Shown: positions 55,655 to 64,000 of the stretch, piece after piece
Position numbering within the stretch: the stretch's first letter is position 1
Layout: each line of letters opens with the position of its first letter
Source of the DNA: Patescibacteria group bacterium
Lineage (GTDB): Bacteria; Patescibacteriota; Minisyncoccia; UBA6257; 2-01-FULL-56-20
Assembly: GCA_018971305.1 (NCBI GenBank)
Contig: JAGXBC010000004.1
Location: 4,028-68,027, forward strand
Reading direction: 5' to 3'
Length of the DNA: 64,000 nt
The notes under the pieces: generated by a model
The model's input: only the letters and a program-made list of their open reading frames with translations
Told to the model about the DNA's origin: nothing
The model's database searches: none
Program-made: the position numbers and the translations under genes

Positions 55655-56133
55655 TAGCTTATGACGATCTGGTCCTTGTCGCGCAAGATGGTGTTTTCGT
55701 AGGTATCCACCTGTGATCCGTTGACCATCACTTTAATTATATGACTATCATCAATGGTATTGTCGAGAATCTGGTTTTGGTTGAAGGTTTTATCCCACAC
55801 CGCGAAGAAGTCGGCGAGGGTGAAATCCCTTGCTTCCGGCGATTCTACGTGAAGCGTGCCGCTCGTGTCATGCGTGTGAATCGGATGCATACACGCGAGG
55901 GTGATGCCGATATTCGCGGGGATGTCCTGCTGCTGGCCATTGATGAGGATTTGGAGATGCGGATGGATGTGGAATGTCGTAAACATATCCGTCGTACAGC
56001 TTAGCGCGAGTTGCCGGTTCGTTTGGTTGGAGACGGAATGGTTGCCCCACCAAAAAAGCCCAGCGACGAGCGCAATCGTGATTCCAGTAATCCACCACCC
56101 CGTGTATGATTTTTTGTAAGAATATTTGCTCAT
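55639..56133 (-). CDS. His-rich exported protein (TM anchor) upstream of copB. Candidate periplasmic copper-binding protein. Track ORF to 56211; Met27 start preferred.
   Basis: FHIHPHLQ...CMHPIHTHDTSGTLHVE His/Cys cluster. N-terminal TM. Confidence 0.45.
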   Translation of the reverse strand: MSKYSYKKSYTGWWITGITIALVAGLFWWGNHSVSNQTNRQLALSCTTDMFTTFHIHPHLQILINGQQQDIPANIGITLACMHPIHTHDTSGTLHVESPEARDFTLADFFAVWDKTFNQNQILDNTIDDSHIIKVMVNGSQVDTYENTILRDKDQIVISYEAKQ

Positions 56134-56143
56134 GTTTTTAGTG

Positions 56144-56827
56144 TTAGCCGCCGCAGATGTCCGAAGCATCCCAGAAAGCGGCAATTTGCTGGGCGTTGAA
56201 TATTCCATCAATGATCATCTTTTTCGCAATGCCCTCATCCACGAAGTAATGCCAGCACTTGCAGCAACACGGCTTTTCTTTTGAGATCGCATATGCCTGA
56301 TTGTAGATTGCCTGCTGTGCCGGAGTAAGCTTCGTGGCATTGTCGTAATCGATCCATTGTTTTGCCATCGCGATTGGCGTGTGCATCGGATCAAGCGGGA
56401 TGTTCGGCATGCTCTTATACGCTTGGAGTTTTTGGAGGTTCGCGTGGCGCTCGACCGTATCCATAAGCGCCGAACAGCATTGGCCACCCAAGTATTTCCC
56501 AGTGGTGTTTGGGAGCGTTCCTCCCGCAGCAACGCAGCTTCCCTCGTAAGTTTGAGAGCCCGAAGCAAGTGCGTCGAGATTCGCACCACAGGTGATGATT
56601 TGGGAATCGAGATCAAGAAGTTCCGGATTAACGTCTTTTGTAAGATTCTGGCTTTGCTTCAGAAAATCATTCTTTCCCGCTTGCGTAGGAATTTGAGTGA
56701 GTTCTGTCGCAAGTTTTGCGGCGAGAGTGGTATCCGTCCCCGCGTTATTTTTTGAGAAAGAAAAATACAAAGCGCCGCCTACGAGCAGGAGTGCCACCGC
56801 GATTGAGATTTTTACATTTTTGTTCAT
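56144..56827 (-). CDS. Secreted Cys-rich hypothetical protein. Track ORF to 56950; likely start at Met42 with a signal peptide.
   Basis: Signal peptide MNKNVKISIAVALLLVGG. Cys clusters GGQCCSAL and PCCCKCWHY. Confidence 0.45.
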   Translation of the reverse strand: MNKNVKISIAVALLLVGGALYFSFSKNNAGTDTTLAAKLATELTQIPTQAGKNDFLKQSQNLTKDVNPELLDLDSQIITCGANLDALASGSQTYEGSCVAAGGTLPNTTGKYLGGQCCSALMDTVERHANLQKLQAYKSMPNIPLDPMHTPIAMAKQWIDYDNATKLTPAQQAIYNQAYAISKEKPCCCKCWHYFVDEGIAKKMIIDGIFNAQQIAAFWDASDICGG

Positions 56828-56966
56828 CCCGATTAGAGATAGGAAACGCAGGCGTTTCCGTATCTGATTATGTCTTTGCATAAGATATTCAATTAATTTC
56901 TTTTTATGTTTCCCGCTAGGATACCGTTGGGCATCTCTAACGGGATTCATGGTTTTATTTTTTTAT

Positions 56967-57533
56967 TTAAGGCAGGCAAACCGGCGACGCCGAGATTCTT
57001 TTCGCCACAAAGTAAATTGAAGATGCGAGAAGAATTACGCTCAGCAAGCCGAATTCGCCGCCCTTAAGTGGCAGGAGCGCTATTGCTCCTCCCGCGCCGA
57101 CCAATGAGAGAATGCTTGTTGCGAGAAACGATCCGCATGCGGCGCAGCCGACGCCGAACATTCCGCTAATCACGCCACCTACGCTTGCAGTCATTTCTCT
57201 CTGCCCCAGCGCGAGGTTTCTCTTCGCGAGGTAGACGATCATCGCAAGATCGATGCCAAAGAGAATCGCTATCGCGATAGTGTATGAAGCCGAGAATACG
57301 CTGAAGTTTGTCGTGATGCTCTCAAAAAGTCCCGCGAGAAGTTGCGCTTTTATGCCAAGAGGCACGCTCCAATTTCCAAGGGTGTTTGCGATCAAGGAGA
57401 AATTTGGCAGCCATACCACAAAGGTAAAAGCTGCGAGTCCTCCAACGAGCGCGATCACGACGTAAGAGAATTTTCCGAACACTTCTCGGAGAGCGCGGAT
57501 CAGCATTTTATTTCGTCGCAAGCGCGGCATCAA
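56967..57533 (-). CDS. Hypothetical integral membrane protein (about 5 TM) with GCAACG in a TM segment.
   Basis: Hydrophobicity. GVGCAACGSFL. Overlaps the dsbA 3' end, so likely an operon. Confidence 0.45.
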   Translation of the reverse strand: MMPRLRRNKMLIRALREVFGKFSYVVIALVGGLAAFTFVVWLPNFSLIANTLGNWSVPLGIKAQLLAGLFESITTNFSVFSASYTIAIAILFGIDLAMIVYLAKRNLALGQREMTASVGGVISGMFGVGCAACGSFLATSILSLVGAGGAIALLPLKGGEFGLLSVILLASSIYFVAKRISASPVCLP

Positions 57534-58266
57534 TCGCCGCCTTGAAGGCAGAGTATGGCTGTGCGCCTTGCACCATCTGGCCGTTCACGTAACTCGTCGG
57601 GGTGGAATTCACGCCGATTGCCTGGGCCGCCGCCGTGTCTTTTTTCACCTGATCGTCATATTTGTTGCTGTCGATGCAGGAAGTGAATGCGTTCATGTCG
57701 AGCCCAACATTTCCCGCGAGTTTCAGGAACTCGTTTCTACTGAAGAATCCGTCGTTTTCACCGTTCGCGGCATCTTTCACCTTTGCACCGTAGAGCGCAT
57801 CGTGGTATTCCCAGAACTTCGACTGGTATTTCGCGCATTCCGCTGCCGCTCCGGCGTTCGTCGATTCAGCGCCCAAGAACTGGAAATTCCGATAGACCAT
57901 TTTCACTTTGCCGGTTTTAATATAATCGGCGCGAAGCGACGGTTCTACTTGGCTGAAAAACCTGCCGCAAAACGGACATTGATAATCGCCGTACTCGACG
58001 AACGTTACGGGCGCGTTTACATCACCCAAGACAGCATCGCTACCGTTGATCTTGAGCGCTTCTGCAAGATTGGCGCTGGGCGCGGCGGTTTGGGTGTTTC
58101 CGGCCGCCTGCGGAATTTTAGTGTCCGATTTCTTTCCTACAGAATAGACAACTGCTCCGGCTATGAGCACTCCGGCAATGAGAATGGAGGCGGGCATGAG
58201 AAAATTATTCGATGTTTGTGTTTTTTCTATTTGCGGAATTTCTTCCGGTTTATTTTCATGACGCAT
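57508..58266 (-). CDS. dsbA: DsbA family thiol:disulfide interchange protein, membrane-anchored.
   Basis: N-terminal TM. Thioredoxin fold FVEYGDYQCPFCGRF (CPFC). Confidence 0.8.
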   Translation of the reverse strand: MRHENKPEEIPQIEKTQTSNNFLMPASILIAGVLIAGAVVYSVGKKSDTKIPQAAGNTQTAAPSANLAEALKINGSDAVLGDVNAPVTFVEYGDYQCPFCGRFFSQVEPSLRADYIKTGKVKMVYRNFQFLGAESTNAGAAAECAKYQSKFWEYHDALYGAKVKDAANGENDGFFSRNEFLKLAGNVGLDMNAFTSCIDSNKYDDQVKKDTAAAQAIGVNSTPTSYVNGQMVQGAQPYSAFKAAIDAALATK

Positions 58267-58354
58267 AGTTTTATAAAATTATTTTATTATCAGATTAACA
58301 AAAAACACACGCCCCGTGGTTTGCGCGTGTTTGTGGGCGCAAATCGGGCGTTAT

Positions 58355-58765
58355 TTAAACGTTCAAGGAGTAATCGTAAATTTTAGCGTGGAGAATGCCC
58401 CTGCTCAGCGCGAAGAGAATGGGATTAAAAATCCGGTTAATAAAGATCTGATTTTTGTTGTACAAGAAAACTTTTTCCTCACGGTGATCATCCCTATCAA
58501 GTTTTCTGGAAACATTAGAAAACAAGAAGGTGAATAACAAAAGCAGTGGGATGACATTTGGTATAACGGCAGCAGAAAGCAATCCCCATGCACTAAGATG
58601 TTCCATAATATTCATGCGACAAATCGAAGCGGTGCCGTTCATTAATGGGCAAGAAGCCATATTGCCATGACTATCCATATTCATCGAAACAGTCAAACCG
58701 AATACTGCCATAGCTGTAAACAGAATGAAGATTACTAAAGTAAGCTTTGTATTCAAAATAGGCAT
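58355..58765 (-). CDS. 2-TM membrane protein with a Met/His-rich loop carrying a Cys pair. Paralog of 61289..61690.
   Basis: MDSHGNMASCPLMNGTASICRMNIMEH between TM1 and TM2. Same architecture as 61289..61690. Confidence 0.5.
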   Translation of the reverse strand: MPILNTKLTLVIFILFTAMAVFGLTVSMNMDSHGNMASCPLMNGTASICRMNIMEHLSAWGLLSAAVIPNVIPLLLLFTFLFSNVSRKLDRDDHREEKVFLYNKNQIFINRIFNPILFALSRGILHAKIYDYSLNV

Positions 58766-58809
58766 AGTTCTATTTTAGCACCGAAGATAAAGTTTCTCAA
58801 TTTCTCTAT

Positions 58810-59214
58810 TCACCAGATCTTCACGCGCTCCTGCGGCTCGCGCCATAACTTGTCTCCCGGCTTACAGTCGCTCACTTGCGCCAATTTTTCTAAGCTTTGT
58901 TCACCAACAAGCTTGGTGCCATCGACCAAAATCCACGTCGGAGTGCCCTCAACTCCGGCATCAGTGCATTTCTGCGGCTCGTCCGCGCATTCCACATAGG
59001 GAACGTACTTGAACGAATCACCGAATTCGGCTTTTTGGCTTTGACAGTGCGAACACCAATATGCTCCGTACATCGTCACATTTTTCTGTGCCAGACATTT
59101 GGCGAAGTCGTCCAGATTCTTAGTTGCTCCTTCGCGCGGATAGAATTCTAAGAACGCCGCTACCACAATTATCGCGACAACAATAATTACGATTATTTTA
59201 TGATTTTTTTTCAT
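58810..59214 (-). CDS. Membrane-anchored thioredoxin-like protein of the type fused to bacterial VKOR (WCxHC). Track ORF to 59364; start at Met51. The C-terminal 17 aa match the M13 peptidase C-terminus.
   Basis: N-terminal TM. TMYGAYWCSHCQSQKAEFG...GTPTW (VKOR-associated Trx-like signature). Tail KPGDKLWREPQERVKIW. Confidence 0.7.
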   Translation of the reverse strand: MKKNHKIIVIIVVAIIVVAAFLEFYPREGATKNLDDFAKCLAQKNVTMYGAYWCSHCQSQKAEFGDSFKYVPYVECADEPQKCTDAGVEGTPTWILVDGTKLVGEQSLEKLAQVSDCKPGDKLWREPQERVKIW

Positions 59215-59403
59215 TGATTTTATTCTTATCACCCCTCTCCCTCTACAGCGACTGGCTTGTTTCGTAAGGCAGTTCCCGCAAGCGATAAAAGCTTGGTGTC
59301 CTCCGCCAATTGGCGGAGGACTTTTATTGCCGAGGGTGCAGGCGGTCGTATGCCGCTGGAGCATACGAACCGCCGGTGCCGAGCGAAATATGCCGGTCGC
59401 AAC

Positions 59404-59898
59404 TTATTCATCGCAACAATCAACTAATTTATCCACGATGTCGTTAAGCGACCAAGGCTTATCTTCGGCCGCTATTTCTTTCAGACCATTCGCGGTTATC
59501 AACTTTAAACGCAAGGCCCAAAAGAGAGAATAGATCTTGTAGCCGTAATCAAACGTTTCCTTGGCTTCTTTTGTTTTGCCGTCGGAATGAAGCTTTGTAC
59601 CCACCTCAATGAGCCGCATGGTCGTAGCCAAGAGGTGCTTGGAAACGCACCATGTCTCCCCTTCGTGCTTCGGTATCATCCGGCCAAGCAGATTTTTCCG
59701 AACTTCCCGTACCTCCTTAAGCAAGTCGAAATATTCCGGCTTGCCGGTTTTTTCGGCGCTAAAGTAGAAATGCTCTTCCAGGCTTATCAGGTTCATAACG
59801 GCCACGCTTAAATCTTCTTCTGTAGACAGATCAACAGTGCCCGACTTTTTCATCTCTTCCGCTTTTTTTATCAATTCCTGAAATTTTTTTTCGTCCAT
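59404..59898 (-). CDS. Hypothetical cytoplasmic protein (164 aa) ending CCDE.
   Basis: ORF. No motif. Confidence 0.45.
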   Translation of the reverse strand: MDEKKFQELIKKAEEMKKSGTVDLSTEEDLSVAVMNLISLEEHFYFSAEKTGKPEYFDLLKEVREVRKNLLGRMIPKHEGETWCVSKHLLATTMRLIEVGTKLHSDGKTKEAKETFDYGYKIYSLFWALRLKLITANGLKEIAAEDKPWSLNDIVDKLVDCCDE

Positions 59899-59950
59899 GT
59901 TTTTATAAAGCGAAAATGATAAGGCCTAAAACGACCATTGCCACTCCGCT

Positions 59951-60688
59951 CTAAAAACGCATATTTCCCGTCTCCGACCTTTTCCAATCCTGAACTTTTT
60001 TTAGCAATCCCTGCTCACTCGCGACGAGAAGAATAATCGCCAGCGGCAAAATGAATATCATATTGTAGAGAAACAGATAGCCGAGCCCCGGCAGAAAAGT
60101 CTGCTGGTCATGCAATAATCCGAGAACCATTAGGTACGGCCCGCCCGTACAGGGAAATTCGCAGAGCCCCACAAGGCCACCCAAAAGAAATGCGGTTGGC
60201 ACGGAAGCTTTATTCATAAACTCAGCCATCTTCGCGTGGGCCGCGTGCGGTATCCGTAATTTAATCGGGAAAGCCGGGAAAAATTCGTTGATGAGATTGA
60301 TCCCTCCGAGCGCCATAAGCAAGATAGCTCCAACTTTTGCCATAAAGTGGGGCGTATTGAAGAGATGCAGAGCTTGAAGTATGCCAAGTCCGATAGCGAT
60401 GTATACTAGAAATATTCCAAGGACATACGCCCCGCCTATCTTCAAAATATCTCGTCTTGATTTTCCCAGACTGAACAGAAACGCGATAGTAAGAACGAGG
60501 ATGGAGAATGCACAAGGATTAATGCTGTCGGCCAAAGCAGCGACGAGAAGCACGGGCAGAAACCACTTGCCACTTTGGGAAATCTTCCAGAGAAAGTTCG
60601 CGCTCTGCTGCGAATTGAAGAATACGGCTAAGCCGATAACGGCAACAGCCACGACCACAAGCCAAAACAATCTTTTGTTTGATGTCAT
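59951..60688 (-). CDS. ccdA: CcdA/DsbD-transmembrane-domain family protein (second copy).
   Basis: SINPCAF and LCEFPCTGGPYL conserved Cys motifs. Six TM. Confidence 0.85.
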   Translation of the reverse strand: MTSNKRLFWLVVVAVAVIGLAVFFNSQQSANFLWKISQSGKWFLPVLLVAALADSINPCAFSILVLTIAFLFSLGKSRRDILKIGGAYVLGIFLVYIAIGLGILQALHLFNTPHFMAKVGAILLMALGGINLINEFFPAFPIKLRIPHAAHAKMAEFMNKASVPTAFLLGGLVGLCEFPCTGGPYLMVLGLLHDQQTFLPGLGYLFLYNMIFILPLAIILLVASEQGLLKKVQDWKRSETGNMRF

Positions 60689-60689
60689 G

Positions 60690-61193
60690 TTATGGAGTAA
60701 CTAACGCCTTGAAAGCGACTTGGAATTGACCTTTGTCGGTGTAAACCGTTACTTGCCTTTCTATGGCACCGATACCGGATGGACCATGGGCGGCAGGATC
60801 AAAAATAGTCCGCAAATTCATTTCTCCTCCCACGGGAACAACTTCGTTTATGGACGGAGCAAAACCCATTCCAGCCATTCCGAATGGACCGAATTCCTTG
60901 CCGCCAAAATTCAAGACCGCCTCTGTACACATGCAAGAAGTGTCTGCTCTGTTCACGGTTACAACGGAATCTCCGCTATTCGTGAAGCTGAAATCGTGTT
61001 CCACCTTGCCGTTCGCCATGGAAATAGTCCCGAAATCAAATTCCTGAACCGCCTGGCCGAAAACGGCGCTGGTTTCTCCGAGAAGAGACACCTTGCCGCT
61101 CACCGCAGGCGCATGGCTGCCCCAGAACAAAAGCAATCCGGCAACTACGGCAATTATCGTAACTAAAATAAAAGTTTTTTTGTTTTTAGACAT
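60690..61193 (-). CDS. DUF1573 domain protein, membrane-anchored.
   Basis: N-terminal TM. FDFGTI..G...H.F.F.N.G...VTV......SCMCT resembles the DUF1573 consensus. Start abuts the ccdA stop. Confidence 0.65.
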   Translation of the reverse strand: MSKNKKTFILVTIIAVVAGLLLFWGSHAPAVSGKVSLLGETSAVFGQAVQEFDFGTISMANGKVEHDFSFTNSGDSVVTVNRADTSCMCTEAVLNFGGKEFGPFGMAGMGFAPSINEVVPVGGEMNLRTIFDPAAHGPSGIGAIERQVTVYTDKGQFQVAFKALVTP

Positions 61194-61288
61194 AGTTTAT
61201 GTTTTTTACGAAACCAAAAACAACCCCTTGAGGGTTGTTATCGGCGGCGAAATGCAGCCTGTCGAGTCAGGACTGCAAAAACACCGCC

Positions 61289-61690
61289 TTAGGCGAACGA
61301 GGGGCTATTTTCGTGAAAAGAAAGCCAGCGGATGAGCTGAAGTTTCACCGGAGGAATAAAGTCATAGAATGAAACCCCGGTCAGATGCGGCTTAGTTATA
61401 GGTAAGATTCCTCCGACGACACTATTGAGATCCAGAACAAAATATATTAGTAAAGACAACGCCACGATCATGGACCAGGAAACCAAAACTGCCAAAGAAA
61501 AATTCTTCAGGGCGTTGAAGTGGAAATTTATAAAATCGATCACGCTTGCTCCCAAAGGACACATTGCACCTTCCGAAGTGGAAGCAATACAGCCCATATG
61601 ATTGCTATTCATAAAAGCCACGCCGATAAATCCCAAAACGGCGATACTTATAAAACTTATAGCAATGTATATGGCAAGCGCTTTGTTCAT
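61289..61690 (-). CDS. 2-TM membrane protein with a Met/His-rich Cys-pair loop. Paralog of 58355..58765.
   Basis: NSNHMGCIASTSEGAMCPLGASV loop between TM1 and TM2. Confidence 0.5.
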   Translation of the reverse strand: MNKALAIYIAISFISIAVLGFIGVAFMNSNHMGCIASTSEGAMCPLGASVIDFINFHFNALKNFSLAVLVSWSMIVALSLLIYFVLDLNSVVGGILPITKPHLTGVSFYDFIPPVKLQLIRWLSFHENSPSFA

Positions 61691-61747
61691 TTGAGATTAT
61701 TATACAATATTTTTCGTATAAAAACAAATGAGGGGGGGTATTTAATA

Positions 61748-63712
61748 TCACCAAATCTTTACCCGTTCCTCAGGATCCCGCCAAAGCTTATCCCCGGGAT
61801 TACAATCAAAAGCGTCGTAAAATTCCTGCATATTGGACATCGGTCCGTTCACGCGAAATTCCGAAGGTGAATGAGGGTTGGTCTGCAAGTGCAAGCGGGT
61901 AAGTTCGTCACGGACGTTCCTTTGCTCTGTTATGGCATAACCTATAAAAAATCTCTGCTCGGGAGAAAATCCGTCAATATTCTCTTCCACGGGAGTTTCG
62001 GCGAGTTTTAATTTCAAAGCGTCATAGGCGATAAGTAGTCCGCCGAGATCGGCGATATTTTCTCCCAAAGTCAGCTTGCCGTTAACGTGCATCCCCGGAA
62101 TCGGTTCGTATTCATCAAACTGCCCCGCCAGTTTAGCAGCCTCGGCTTCAAATTTATCTTTGTCTTCTTTCGTCCACCACTCGTTCAGATTTCCACGATT
62201 GTCAAAACGAGAACCTTGGTCGTCAAAGCCGTGCGTCAATTCATGTCCGATAACGCTGCCGATGCCACCGAAATTCACGGCATCGTCGGCGTTCGGGTCA
62301 AAAAACGGAGGCTGGAGAATTGCAGCCGGGAAAACAATATCGTTCAAAGACGCCTGATAATAGGCATTGACCATCTGCGGCGGCATGAACCATTCGTTGC
62401 GATTCACCGGACCACCGACCTCTTTGATTTTTCGGTCAAATTCAAAAACATCCGCGCGTATGACATTCCCCGCAAAAGAATCTGCGTTGATAGAAAGCGC
62501 AGAGTAATCTTTCCAGACATCGGGGTAGCCCAGCTTTTTGGAAACCGCCTGGAGTTTTTCCAGCGCTTTCTTTTTGGTTTTTTCGCTCATCCAGTCAAGT
62601 TTTTCTATGCGCACCGCATAGGCGGAGGCGAGATGCCCAACAAGATCCTTTATTTTCTTTTTCGCGTCCTCGTTGAAGTGGCGCTCCACATATAATTGCC
62701 CGACAAGCTCATCCAAAGCCGAGCTTGTGGCATTAAGCGCGCGCCGCCACAACGGTTTCATCTCGGTCTGCCCGGCGAACGTGCGTCCGTAAAATTCAAA
62801 GTGCCGGCGTTCCATATCTTCACCAAGATAAGAGTCCGTGCCGTTAAGAACGCGCCAACGAAGATATAACTTCAGGTCCTCCAGCGGCGTCTCAGCTAAA
62901 ATGGAATTAATTTCCAAGAGGAACTTCGGCTGACCGAGAAGAAGATATTCTGCCTTTGGATTATTTATTGACGGGAAATATGATGATAGCGGTATTTTCG
63001 GAGCCAATTGAGAGAATTCTTCTAGGGTTACCTTATTATAATTTTTTTCAACATCGCGGAGCTCAACAGGAGTGGAAGACGCCTTCGCCAGAAGCGTTTC
63101 CATATTCATTATCACGGAACATATGTCTTCACCGCTGGATGCCATATTTGCCAACGCTAAAATATCTTTCATGTAAGACAGATAATCCGTGCGAATCTTT
63201 AAGCTATTTTCATCATTATTCAAATAATAATCCCTGTCGGGCAGGCCCAATCCCCCTTGCCAAAAATGCAACGCCATCATTTCGCTATCGCGCTCATCCT
63301 GATCAATAAAAGGAATCCAAAAAGCGTTAATTCCTCGGCGATGAAGAAACCCGATTGCGCCGACAATGTCCTCGCGCTTTTTTATACCATCTATACCCTG
63401 GAAAAGTTCTGTAAGCGGAGACGCACCGGCGCGATTGCGGCTTTCAACGTCCGTAGCGCTCAGATAAAAATCGCGGATTTTCTGCTCTGCGCTTCCGGCA
63501 ACCAAATCTTTTTTCGCCACGACTTCTTCAAAAATATTTTTTAACTGCTGCTCAACGTTAAAACGCAGAACGTCGAACGACCCCCAGCTCGCCTCGTCCG
63601 GCGGTATCGGATTATTTTTCATCCAGCCGCCGTTAACGTAACGGAAAAAATCATCCGTAGGTTTTACGGATTTGTCGAAATTATTTTTGTCTATAGCTGA
63701 TGATAACGGCAT
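61748..63712 (-). CDS. pepO: M13 family metallopeptidase (PepO / neprilysin-like endopeptidase).
   Basis: HELTHGFDDQG (HExxH), ENIADLGG (ENxADxGG), NAYY. C-terminal ...GDKLWRDPEERVKIW. Confidence 0.9.
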   Translation of the reverse strand: MPLSSAIDKNNFDKSVKPTDDFFRYVNGGWMKNNPIPPDEASWGSFDVLRFNVEQQLKNIFEEVVAKKDLVAGSAEQKIRDFYLSATDVESRNRAGASPLTELFQGIDGIKKREDIVGAIGFLHRRGINAFWIPFIDQDERDSEMMALHFWQGGLGLPDRDYYLNNDENSLKIRTDYLSYMKDILALANMASSGEDICSVIMNMETLLAKASSTPVELRDVEKNYNKVTLEEFSQLAPKIPLSSYFPSINNPKAEYLLLGQPKFLLEINSILAETPLEDLKLYLRWRVLNGTDSYLGEDMERRHFEFYGRTFAGQTEMKPLWRRALNATSSALDELVGQLYVERHFNEDAKKKIKDLVGHLASAYAVRIEKLDWMSEKTKKKALEKLQAVSKKLGYPDVWKDYSALSINADSFAGNVIRADVFEFDRKIKEVGGPVNRNEWFMPPQMVNAYYQASLNDIVFPAAILQPPFFDPNADDAVNFGGIGSVIGHELTHGFDDQGSRFDNRGNLNEWWTKEDKDKFEAEAAKLAGQFDEYEPIPGMHVNGKLTLGENIADLGGLLIAYDALKLKLAETPVEENIDGFSPEQRFFIGYAITEQRNVRDELTRLHLQTNPHSPSEFRVNGPMSNMQEFYDAFDCNPGDKLWRDPEERVKIW

Positions 63713-63824
63713 ATGTAATAGAAAAACATTTTATTTTATATTTTGCAATAAAACGCAAAAATTGACCCACCTCTCTTATTCTGATAAATTAATAATAGAA
63801 ATTTTGCTTAAAGGAGGGTGCTTA

Positions 63825-64000
63825 TGTCGATTATAAGGATTGCGCTGAAACAAGAAGAAGGCATATCCAAGGACCCCGCTCGCGTACTTATTTACAAAGA
63901 TAACGAACTTCTGGCTGAGGTAATCGCAGAAATTGAACTAAAACGAGGAGCTGATAATGGATTTTATAATTGCGTCACGCTAAAGCCGACAATATCCGGC
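63825..64000 (+). CDS. Partial CDS (N-terminus), hypothetical. Continues past the right edge.
   Basis: GGAGGG SD-like upstream of the ATG. Open to the window end. Confidence 0.3.

Noticed and set aside
1-64000. Transposases, integrases, phage structural genes, rRNA.
   Set aside because: No DDE/serine/tyrosine recombinase motifs, terminase, capsid or rRNA-like sequence were recognised anywhere in the window. Mobility is inferred only from composition and repeats.

Overview
Single contig from an uncultivated bacterium with about 45-50% GC. Almost every gene is on the minus strand and there are many small hypothetical genes. The gene content and the PG-binding C-terminal surface proteins suggest a Patescibacteria/CPR-like or other monoderm-like lineage; this is inference only. 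Recognisable content, left to right: GIY-YIG nuclease, metK, an NRAMP Mn/Fe transporter and an M23 peptidase. Next is a type IV pilus module on the minus strand: pilB, pilC, four pilin/pseudopilin genes and a very large LVIVD beta-propeller pilin-like protein, followed by a major pilin. Then come a CAP-domain protein, a 1017-aa surface protein (InlB B-repeat, DUF11 and PG-binding domains) and two tandem PEP-CTERM proteins. A MsbA-like ABC exporter follows, with a structured leader. An extracytoplasmic methionine-sulfoxide repair cluster (ccdA, tlpA-like, msrA, msrB, DUF167) is followed by dedA, a block of secreted proteins (FN3, S53 peptidase, VWA) and ftsEX. prfB carries the classic CUU UGA C programmed +1 frameshift, which the ORF track missed. 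A truncated IMPase gene lies next to tRNA-Thr(CGU). Enolase and a 2-hydroxyacid dehydrogenase follow. An accessory stretch at about 37.3-48 kb holds mostly hypothetical genes, each with its own consensus promoter and terminator. It contains a paralogous pair of small membrane proteins, NUDIX, macro-domain, membrane-anchored Mrr-like nuclease and HAD deoxyribonucleotidase genes, a low-GC foreign gene, and several short GC-rich repeat families (REP-like hairpins, G4-capable motifs). After ppsA, a histidine phosphatase and glycerate kinase comes a large copper/thiol-redox island. It contains a CopB-type P1B ATPase with a 59-aa Cys-rich ORF coupled upstream that the track missed, His-rich and Cys-rich secreted proteins, DsbA, a VKOR-type thioredoxin, a second CcdA, DUF1573 and two paralogous 2-TM Cys-pair membrane proteins, ending in an M13 peptidase. 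No rRNA, CRISPR array, transposase or integrase was recognised. Start-codon refinements are arithmetic from the ORF track; non-CDS coordinates are approximate (+/- a few nt).
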